Positions 1-7,900 of a DNA stretch of 54,761 bases are shown piece after piece. Source of the stretch: an uncultured Candidatus Saccharibacteria bacterium (GTDB lineage Bacteria > Patescibacteriota > Minisyncoccia > Phycocordibacterales > UBA2100); the NCBI GenBank assembly GCA_964471165.1, contig CAYYEX010000003.1, forward strand, positions 1-54,761, written 5' to 3'. A program made the translations under genes and the position numbers. Every line of letters begins with the position of its first letter. Position 1 is the stretch's first letter. The notes below the pieces were generated by a model. The model had not been told where the DNA came from, did no database searches, and was given only the letters and a program-made list of their open reading frames with translations.

Positions 1-1
1 G

Positions 2-86
2 CGGAGGGTGAGAGATTCGAACTCTCGGTCCCTTGCGAGACTCGTCCTTTCCAGGGACGTGCACTAGACCACTATGCGAACCCTCC
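2..86 (-). tRNA. tRNA-Ser (anticodon GGA), class II with long variable arm
   Basis: The reverse complement folds as a cloverleaf. Acceptor is GGAGGGT/ACCCTCC and the D arm is GCA-TAGTGGTCTAG-TGC. The anticodon stem CGTCC/GGACG surrounds loop CTGGAAA (GGA). There is a ~16-nt variable arm, a T arm GAGAG-TTCGAAT-CTCTC and discriminator G. Confidence 0.85.
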
Positions 87-141
87 GTGTCGGGCACAGT
101 ATATGGAATGAGTCACATCTACACAAATGCGCTATACACCA

Positions 142-161
142 TATACCGATATATCGGTATA
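142..161. promoter_or_regulatory. Perfect 20-bp palindrome TATACCGATATATCGGTATA, candidate operator 10 nt upstream of the TrpR-like gene ATG
   Basis: Read directly from the sequence. It is self-complementary over all 20 nt, and a near-identical 18-mer recurs at 594-611. Confidence 0.5.
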
Positions 162-171
162 CTTTCGATAT

Positions 172-591
172 ATGGCTCATGTATCAAAAATTCCGATGAA
201 CGATTCAGATCGTCGTCGCATAGCCGGAAATCTAATGAAAACACTCTTTAGTGATTCGGGGCGCGGTAAAACTATCCTCCCCACACTTCTGACAAAAACT
301 GAGCGGGTGATGCTCGCTAAGCGTCTGGCTGTGATAATAATGATTGAAAAGGATTACTCCTCATACGAAATCTGGAAAAAACTCAAGATAAGCACATCAA
401 CGATTAAACGATATGAGCTTGCGATGGACGCGGGCCTGTACGACCCAATTCTACGAGCGGTACGTATGACAAAAAAAGGCCTGTCGTTTCTGGAACTAAT
501 CGAATTGATAGCGGCAGCGGGATTACCCTCTATCGCAGGTCCGCGCGGGCAAAAAAGACTGAAAGCATTGCGGGCTCGAGCGGGTTCGTAA
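172..591 (+). CDS. TrpR-like / YerC-YecD family helix-turn-helix protein (putative transcriptional regulator)
   Basis: LLTKTERVMLAKRLAVIIMIEKDYSSYEIWKKLKISTSTIKR resembles the Trp-repressor-like HTH core. I prefer the ATG at 172 (MAHVSKIP...) over the ORF-track start at 127, because 127-171 is occupied by the palindrome. Confidence 0.6.
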   Translation: MAHVSKIPMNDSDRRRIAGNLMKTLFSDSGRGKTILPTLLTKTERVMLAKRLAVIIMIEKDYSSYEIWKKLKISTSTIKRYELAMDAGLYDPILRAVRMTKKGLSFLELIELIAAAGLPSIAGPRGQKRLKALRARAGS

Positions 592-593
592 AC

Positions 594-611
594 ATACCGA
601 TATATCGGCAT
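594..611. promoter_or_regulatory. Second copy of the palindrome (ATACCGATATATCGGCAT, one mismatch), 3 nt after the TrpR-like stop codon
   Basis: Read directly. 17 of 18 nt are identical to 143-160. Confidence 0.45.
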
Positions 612-670
612 ACGATAGCCGTCCACTTTTTCAATCTCAATCCAGTTGATACACAACGTAGTCTCTGAAC

Positions 671-702
671 AAAAAAGCGACGCGGCTGCACGAGGCAGCC
701 GC
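671..702 (-). terminator. Intrinsic terminator for the minus-strand small ORF 717-1010
   Basis: Stem GCGGCTGC (682-689) pairs with GCAGCCGC (695-702) around a 5-nt loop. On the minus strand it is followed by GUCGC and a U6 run (plus-strand A run 671-676). Confidence 0.6.
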
Positions 703-716
703 TTTGCATCCGGCGG

Positions 717-1010
717 CTATGTGCCGCTCGTAATTGTGGTTGATTCCTTAATCTTTTCCTTGCGTCTGCGCGCCCGACCGAATTCGGATTCCCTGTCCGA
801 AATTGTCAGCTCTCGTGCGAGATCCGTCTCAACCTCGGGCTCAGCCATCGCCGCGGCGACACGTTCCTCAACCTGTCGAGCACGCTCGGCGATCTGCTCG
901 TTGAGTGCCTCAAACGGGCACCCCGTCGGGACGTGCGATTTGTCCTGTTCAAGTAGCGCACGCTTTCGCAAAAAGCTCCTGTCCACGTTGTCGTTCATGT
1001 TGACCTCCAC
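717..1010 (-). CDS. Hypothetical small acidic/charged protein
   Basis: 97-aa ORF with protein-like composition (FLRKRALLEQDKSH...EALNEQIAERARQVEERV). A minus-strand terminator follows its stop directly. The overlapping plus-strand ORF 646-1110 is Ser/Arg/Cys-rich and shares the same wobble positions. Confidence 0.45.
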   Translation of the reverse strand: MEVNMNDNVDRSFLRKRALLEQDKSHVPTGCPFEALNEQIAERARQVEERVAAAMAEPEVETDLARELTISDRESEFGRARRRKEKIKESTTITSGT

Positions 1011-1127
1011 GAATCCGACCTGTTCCCATACGAACTATACGCCCGACTTTCCTCATCGCAATACACTGCATTTTCCTCTCCCACTCCCCTTGTTTTCAAT
1101 CGCTCGATAGAGCGGTAGCATTACCAC

Positions 1128-1409
1128 ATGATTCTCTTTCGCTTCGCCTACCTGCTCATAGTAGTCGGAACGGTGCTGTATTGCGGATACCTGTTGGTTG
1201 TCGGACCGTGGCCCGAGGCCGGAATACGAATACTTGTTACCTGTGGACTCTGTGTACTCTCGCTTATCGCGCTCGGTATCATCCACCGCATTTGTGCGCT
1301 CGTTGTGAAGCGTTCGCTCTATCCTTCAACAAAGCTCCCGTTTCCTCTCACCCTCATCATTATCATTTTGCTTTGGGTTCTTGTGGGAAGTTACTTTATC
1401 CTCGGGTAG
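1128..1409 (+). CDS. Hypothetical small integral membrane protein (3 predicted TM segments)
   Basis: 93-aa ORF made almost entirely of hydrophobic stretches separated by short charged loops. Confidence 0.45.
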   Translation: MILFRFAYLLIVVGTVLYCGYLLVVGPWPEAGIRILVTCGLCVLSLIALGIIHRICALVVKRSLYPSTKLPFPLTLIIIILLWVLVGSYFILG

Positions 1410-1419
1410 CGCGATGGGG

Positions 1420-2319
1420 CTACACGCGGCCCTTCATTCCTTGCAATGCAGCGATTCGCTCCTCTACAGGTGGATGAGTTGAAAACAGTTTTGTGAGAAA
1501 GCTTGTTGCCTTTCCTGGTCCAAAGGGATTCGAAATATAGAGGTGTGCAGTAGCACTCGACGCACGCTCCAGTGGTTGCGAATACGACGATATTTTCATC
1601 AGCGCGGAGGCAAGTGCATCTGGATAGCGTGTGAGCAGTGCGCCGGAAGCGTCCGCCAAGAACTCTCGCTTACGAGAAATGGAAAATTGAATGAGCTGTG
1701 CTGCAATCGGAGCGAGAATAATACCCACTACCCCGAGCACGAGCACGATTGGATTCGCTTTACTGTCTCGGTTATCGCCGCCAAACATGCTCACACGCAA
1801 AAACATATCCGCGAGCACCGAGAGAAAGCCTGCAAGCACAACCGCAACAGTCATTACGAGAATATCGCGATTGCCCACGTGCGAGAGTTCGTGCGCGATA
1901 ACTCCTTCGAGTTCGGATTTATCGAGTCGCTCAAGCAACCCGGTAGTAACAGCGATTACTGAGTGTTTTGGGTCGCGCCCTGCCGCAAACGCATTCGGCG
2001 CTGCGTCCTGAATAATATAGACACGAGGCTTCGGCAAGCCTGCAGTTATCGAAAGATTTTCGACAATCCGATGAAGCTCGCGAAACTGCGCTGGGTCGGC
2101 TTCGTGCGCACCGGCAGATGAGAGCGCAATTTTGTCCGAAAACCAGTAAGCCGTGACGTTCATCACGATGCTGAAAAGTACCGCAACGTAGAGCAACATC
2201 GGGTTCCCGAAATACTGCGAAGCCGCCCAGCCAACCGCCATAACGAGGACGAAGAAACTAATCATGAGCGCCCACGTCTTGGCAACGTTACTGCTCTGGT
2301 GTGTATAGAGTGAGGCCAT
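1420..2319 (-). CDS. htpX: HtpX-type M48 zinc metalloprotease (membrane protein quality control)
   Basis: It has the HELSHVGNRD (HExxH) motif, several TM segments and a C-terminal STHPPVEERI. I moved the start to ATG 2319 (MASLYTHQ...) because the longer ORF-track N-terminus overlaps the tail of the upstream gene. Confidence 0.85.
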   Translation of the reverse strand: MASLYTHQSSNVAKTWALMISFFVLVMAVGWAASQYFGNPMLLYVAVLFSIVMNVTAYWFSDKIALSSAGAHEADPAQFRELHRIVENLSITAGLPKPRVYIIQDAAPNAFAAGRDPKHSVIAVTTGLLERLDKSELEGVIAHELSHVGNRDILVMTVAVVLAGFLSVLADMFLRVSMFGGDNRDSKANPIVLVLGVVGIILAPIAAQLIQFSISRKREFLADASGALLTRYPDALASALMKISSYSQPLERASSATAHLYISNPFGPGKATSFLTKLFSTHPPVEERIAALQGMKGRV

Positions 2320-2368
2320 AGCAAAAGATATGAATAGACAGTATAGCAAAAACCAATTCTCGCAGCAG

Positions 2369-4117
2369 CTACCAACTCCCACCGCCACCGCCACCAAAGC
2401 CGCCGCCGCTTGAACCACCACCTCCAGAGCCACCACCTCCCGATGTTGGAGATGCTGTCATCGATGCTACCGAGGTCGACATATTACTCATATCGTCAGC
2501 GAATGCGGTGGCTGTGAATACGGGATACGCACCTCCCGCATACCAACTCGGCGGTTCTTTATAGAGCCCCTCAAACTCTTTTGCCCACGCAGCCGATACC
2601 CCGAGTACCATGGCATAGGGAAGAAGTTTTTCGAACAATGCGGGCGACTTCTCTGGTGCATTGTGAAAATCGAGCCGGTCTTTTTCTGCAATCTGGAGGT
2701 AATCTTTGAGACCGAGAATGTGTTCTTTAGTGAGTGCTCCCTTGTGCGTTTTTGCGGGCATTATCATCCCAAAAAAACCAATCACACCGGCAGATATAAC
2801 CGCCGCAATAAACGCCACCCCTGACTCGATTGCGATAGCCAGGAACACGCCAAGCACGAGTGCAAAGACAGTCAAAACGATAAATTTTATTCGTATCGCC
2901 GTTGGGTTCGCACGGAAGTAGCCTCGAGCGACCACTTGTATGCCCACGATGCGCTGGATTTCTTGGAGTCCACTATGCAGGTCTCGACTTTCCGAGAGCT
3001 CGACACTCGTAACACTTTCCTTTTCTCCAAACAGGGCTTGAAGCAGCGCCACTTCGTCTTTTGAAAGAGAATCATCCGCAGCCTTCAATTTGTCGAAGCG
3101 GTATGTGGTCGAAGTAAAGACCGCGAGCGTGGTCGAGTCCTCCCGTGTGATTTTTAGAAATCCTCTCACGGCAAGACGCACAATCGTTGCGGAAACACTC
3201 CCTGGCGTTACTCTCAAATGTAAAATCTCTGACATTGTTGCTGGTGACATGTCATCTGGTGCGTCGTATTCGGGAATGATAGTGCCCCGACCCTTGGCAT
3301 CTTTTCCATGGAGCCTCCAGTATCGAAAGAGGACAAAAAATACTACTACGGGCACGAGCAAAATCAGATTGTTTGCAATTGCCCGCAATATAATGAGCGC
3401 CTCCGATGGTGGAGCAACGATTCCCTTTGGCCATCCAACGGATACTGTGAGCCCTTCCCCAGGTGGCAAAACTCGACCAGTTTGAAAATACCACTCGGTC
3501 CCGTCAGCAGAAATTGCGCGCAATGATGCACAAGGCTCGCTTGAACCAAGCGCTCCCCGATAGCACGCTGCCTGCGTGCTCGACGCCGGTGCATACACTC
3601 GAGCGCTCGAGCTTGCGATACTAAACGTCCAACCATTTCCCGTAACATTCCAGTAGAGTTCATCATACTCGTCAAAAAAACCGACCACGTCGTGTGCCAC
3701 ATAGGTAATCTCGTACGTTTTCTTGCCCGTTACGAGCACATCGGGGTCGCCAATCTTTATGCGCAGATTGTCTCCGTTTTTAAACGACTCAAACATGATT
3801 GGCGAGAACTTTCCGTCGACGACCACAATATTGTCGATGGTAACGCTCCGCCGTGAGCCGCTGGCGTCCTTGTAGATAATGGGAATATCCCGGTAGATGC
3901 CGTGGAGCTTGTCAGCACCGAAGTCGTAATGAATTGTCTCGACTACTTCTGCTGAGCCATCGGGTCGGACATGTATTGATGCTAAGAAACTATCGATAAC
4001 ATCGCCGTGCGCGAACAATGGCGTTACTGCGACGAAAAGTACCGAAGTGAGAGCGACGATAAATCGCAAAATATAGGAGTGAGCGCTATTCGGAAGATTC
4101 CGTGTTTGGGGTTCCAT
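2369..4117 (-). CDS. DUF2207-type membrane protein with C-terminal Gly-rich tail
   Basis: The chain has an N-terminal signal/TM segment, a ~230-aa extracytoplasmic domain, a TM cluster and a terminal GGGGSGGGGSSGGGFGGGGGGSW. The architecture and the adjacency to lemA are typical of DUF2207. Start taken at ATG 4117 (MEPQTRNL...). Confidence 0.65.
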   Translation of the reverse strand: MEPQTRNLPNSAHSYILRFIVALTSVLFVAVTPLFAHGDVIDSFLASIHVRPDGSAEVVETIHYDFGADKLHGIYRDIPIIYKDASGSRRSVTIDNIVVVDGKFSPIMFESFKNGDNLRIKIGDPDVLVTGKKTYEITYVAHDVVGFFDEYDELYWNVTGNGWTFSIASSSARVYAPASSTQAACYRGALGSSEPCASLRAISADGTEWYFQTGRVLPPGEGLTVSVGWPKGIVAPPSEALIILRAIANNLILLVPVVVFFVLFRYWRLHGKDAKGRGTIIPEYDAPDDMSPATMSEILHLRVTPGSVSATIVRLAVRGFLKITREDSTTLAVFTSTTYRFDKLKAADDSLSKDEVALLQALFGEKESVTSVELSESRDLHSGLQEIQRIVGIQVVARGYFRANPTAIRIKFIVLTVFALVLGVFLAIAIESGVAFIAAVISAGVIGFFGMIMPAKTHKGALTKEHILGLKDYLQIAEKDRLDFHNAPEKSPALFEKLLPYAMVLGVSAAWAKEFEGLYKEPPSWYAGGAYPVFTATAFADDMSNMSTSVASMTASPTSGGGGSGGGGSSGGGFGGGGGGSW

Positions 4118-4272
4118 TTTTTTCTTTCTCTTCCTTTTCTTGCAGCGCCTTCTTGAGTGCATCTACAGACATCCGTCCGAAGTCGGGTTCAGCCTGCGCA
4201 TCCGTTTCACTCTTTCTTTCTTTTCGCTTGTCAGGTCCGTTTATATTCATGGCTCGTTCAGACATGACTTCT

Positions 4273-4833
4273 TTAGAACTGTACTTTTACTGGTTCACGT
4301 GCGGCTGTTTCATTGTCGGCAAGCGCAAAAAACTCACGTGTCTTGAATCCAAACATGTTCCCGACGATATTTGTTGGGAACTGTTCGATTGCGTTCTGGA
4401 GTTCCTGCACGACGCCGTTGTAGAATCGACGCGCTGCCTGAATTTTGTTTTCTGTGTCGGAAAGCTCACGCTGCAATTCTACGAAGTTGGAATTTGCCTT
4501 GAGATCCGGATACGCTTCCGACAGAGCGAACACGGATTTGAGTGCCCCGGTGAGCATGTTTTCAGCTGCTGCATGCTCTTCGACAGTTTGTGCACCCATC
4601 GCCTTTGTGCGCGCCTCGGTGACTTTTTGCAGCGTACCCGCCTCGTGCGCAGCGTAACCCTTTACTGTTTCAATAAGATTCGGAATCAGATCGTATCGTC
4701 GCTTCATCTGCACGTCGATATCGGACCATGCTTCCTCTGTGCGGTTAGTAAGTTTTACGAATCGGTTGTATACCGCTACTCCGTAGAGGGCGATAAGCAC
4801 TACAGCGCCGATAATTATATAGAGTGTTGTCAT
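4273..4833 (-). CDS. lemA: LemA family membrane protein
   Basis: Single N-terminal TM segment, then YNRFVKLTNRTEEAWSDIDVQMKRRYDLIPNLIETVKGYAAHE, which matches the LemA signature region. Start taken at ATG 4833 (MTTLYIIIG...). Confidence 0.8.
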   Translation of the reverse strand: MTTLYIIIGAVVLIALYGVAVYNRFVKLTNRTEEAWSDIDVQMKRRYDLIPNLIETVKGYAAHEAGTLQKVTEARTKAMGAQTVEEHAAAENMLTGALKSVFALSEAYPDLKANSNFVELQRELSDTENKIQAARRFYNGVVQELQNAIEQFPTNIVGNMFGFKTREFFALADNETAAREPVKVQF

Positions 4834-4839
4834 GGCATG

Positions 4840-4868
4840 AGTATACCCCCCTGAGATTTGACCCACAA
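4840..4868 (-). promoter_or_regulatory. Candidate sigma70-type promoter TTGTGG-17nt-TATACT, 6 nt upstream of the lemA ATG (possible leaderless mRNA)
   Basis: Minus-strand reading of 4868-4831 is TTGTGG gtcaaatctcagggggg TATACT catgcc ATG. The spacing was counted directly. Confidence 0.35.
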
Positions 4869-4928
4869 CATGTGCCACGGCGACAATGATGTGTATCTCA
4901 GCGGGCAGACCGAATCCCACTCAGGAGA

Positions 4929-7900
4929 CTACTTGACGAGCACTTGTACGGAACCCGTCGCGTATGCCCCCGTGCCGTTCGTACAATAGATAGTATAGGT
5001 TGCCTTTGCAGTGAGCGGTCCAACGGTAAAGCTCGTATCCGGCGCCCCAATCGCAACTTGCTCAGTCTGTGTTTTGAAAGCACGGCACGCAGTGGCATTT
5101 ACACTTGTCCACGTGATGGTGCTGCTCTCCCCCGTCAATATCGGATTCGGTTGTGCTGATACTTGGACTGATATCGGACCGCGCACGAGAGGCTGCGTTT
5201 GCGTCGGCTGTGCTGGCTGCGGATTGAGCATCCCCGAAATCCCTTTTAAGAAACCTGAAAGTGCAGACATGATGCCGTTGAATGCACCTGCTCCACCGCC
5301 ACCACTCGGACTTGTGCCGGGTGTATTTGGTTGCGGCGAAGGGCTCGGAGACGGACTTGGATTCGGGTTTGGTTTTGGAGTATCCGTTCGCGTCTGAGGC
5401 TGTGGCTTTGGTGCTTCTGTTTTCGGTGTATCTGTTTTGGGGGGTGTTTTTGGAGTCGGTGGTGGCGGAAATACATCAGGCTTTGTTTCTGTTGGATACT
5501 TTTTCACGTCTGGGACAGCAGGGCCAGGAGTAACGTCCGGCTTGTTCGTCGTAATTGTTGAACCGATTTTTTCTTCTCCCGCGGGGGTTTTCGCCGGTGT
5601 GTCCGTGTTCGGGTTTGACGGCAATACTGCGTAGAGACCGCCTCCGCCAAGTAAGCCTCCGGCCCACCATTTTGCTTTACTGAACCACGAGCCTAATCCT
5701 CCGCCTCCTGAACCTGACCCTCCACCCCCGGTAACACCGCCCATTCCATTTGAACCAACACCGCCGATTGTGGGAGTAGTGCCAAGCGTTGGTGGTGGAA
5801 CATTACCTGGCTCTACCTGCTCAGCTGCAGCAGGCGGAGTTGTTGGAATTGGTGTTGGCGTTACTGCTGACGTTGCGGGCGCTAGGTTTTCAGTGGTAGT
5901 GACAGGAGATGTGTTCGTGGGCTGCACAGGTTGCGTCGTGTCTGGCGCGGCATTTGCCGTACCTGTTACTCGTTTTACCGTTGCATTGGCGTCGTTGCGA
6001 TACTCACTATCGAATGCGTAGTTAAACAACGCTTTCGGGAACGTAATTGCTGCTTTTACTCCAAGGTTCAAGAGTGGCATCGTAACGTATGGGTTCGAGC
6101 CGTCGACCGCCCACATCACGCCCGAAATGCCACCGGTCCATGCAAGCGCGTGAAGATTTGAGAAAAATCCATTTGTCGGCAGGAATGCCGAACGAACCAC
6201 GGACCAGACCATACCCCCGGCACTCCATCCCTGCGGGGTGGTTGGTTGTGCAGCCTCTGGAGCAGCCTCCGGTGTAACCGGTGCTGGTGTAGATGGTGCA
6301 TTTTGAGCAGGCACAACAACTTCTTCCGGAGCAACATACGGCTCAACACCCGTGACAGGCTCCGGTACAGCTGAGCGGAATCGAGTCCACACCGACTGTT
6401 CCGCGCGCCAATCCTGATATGCTTTGGCATTTATATTGGCAACCTCCTGCAGTGAAAATGTTTTTGCGCCTCCGTTCTGAGCAGCATCAAGACCAGCCCA
6501 GAATGCGTTCAGTTCATTGATATTCTTGGTCACGCTACCAGAACCATCAGCACGAACTGCGTCCTGGCGAACAGATGGAGAATTTTGTCCGCTCGGCGCT
6601 ACGTATGCTTCGCGAGGAATGAATGTTCCCTTTTGTCCCGCCTCTACCGCTGCCTTTGCGAGTGACTGCGCTGCATCAGTGAGATTTACCGCAGCAGATT
6701 TTGCCCGCTCATAATATGTTCCACTTGGATTCAGAACATATCCTTTTCGTGCAATGTCGGCATCTGTCAGCACTCGGTTAGAGAGTAACTCTAACTGCTG
6801 TTTCGTTACCCTATCAGGAAGACTGTCTGTCGTGATAACGGTATCAATGAGTTCATTCATCGCAGTTTGATTTGCGACAACCTCCTGCTCTGACGTAAAC
6901 CATGTCGCAGGAAACTGATACACGTCTCCGATACCGTTATTTGCCGTCATGCTCCCCGACACATTTACATGTTTGAATATTTCCTCTGAAGGCGCCATTA
7001 CACGTACGAGCACACTTTCCGGCACGTTTTTGCCGTACGAAATAGCAATGTCCGGACTATTGGAGAAAAACTGATCGCGGTAAGGACTTTGATATGCCCT
7101 ACTTATTCCGCGGTATAGGTACCTATATCCATCAGGGGCTTGTTCGCTTTGCAAACCAGTTATCATCTGCGGCGTAAGTTCCCGAATCGGGATTGTCTCA
7201 ATCGATTTCAGAGGAGAGCCGCTCGGTACGGAATGTTGCATGTACGGAACATCGGGTGTCGAACGCGCTTGTCCAGAAGTCGTCTCTACAATTGGTTCTG
7301 CGGCTTTTGCTGCTGCGGGCGTGTCCACTTCAACAGGAACAACAGGTTCTGCTTCTGCAATCGCGATTTTTGCAGGGGCTTCACTTCCAGTAATTGCTCG
7401 GTACTGTTCTTCGGTTATCACGCCTTCTGCCAGGAGCTCTTTCGTTCGCGCACGAATTTTACTTTCGACACTTGAAGAATACTTGAGTTTCTGTAGGTCC
7501 TCCGGGGGCATTTGAGAAATGTTCTCAACGCCACGTGAGTTATCAATCGCATCAATGCGCACTGTGCCTTCCGCGCTCAACGTTTTGGCAATTTCAAGCG
7601 AGCGCTTATACGTAGCTATAAAGACCTGGATTGGAACAACACGTCCCGCATCAATCGAATTACCGTTCATGCGAGAAATAACCCCGTTTTCCCATGCATC
7701 AAGTGGATCGCGATATACGTATTCAACCACTGGAATTTTTCCGGCCGCCTCTATTTCTGCAATTCTCGCGCGTGCCGCATCCACATTTGCAACAGAGCCG
7801 TCCATCGCAGCTGCGACCGTTCCATCAAGAAGTCCCTCAAACTTAGAGACTGTTGAACTCTTGCCGGCTCCCGGTCCTCCGACGAACAACATTGCGTATT

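Noticed and set aside
1-700. I considered whether tRNA-Ser marks the edge of an integrated element.
   Set aside because: There is no integrase, no tRNA 3'-end direct repeat and no phage or plasmid genes in the adjacent sequence. The window edge prevents checking the other side.
646-1110. 154-aa plus-strand ORF overlapping the 717-1010 minus-strand ORF.
   Set aside because: It shares wobble positions with the minus-strand frame, so third-position GC cannot discriminate. Its composition is Ser/Arg/Cys-rich and unprotein-like, whereas the minus-strand ORF is followed by its own terminator.
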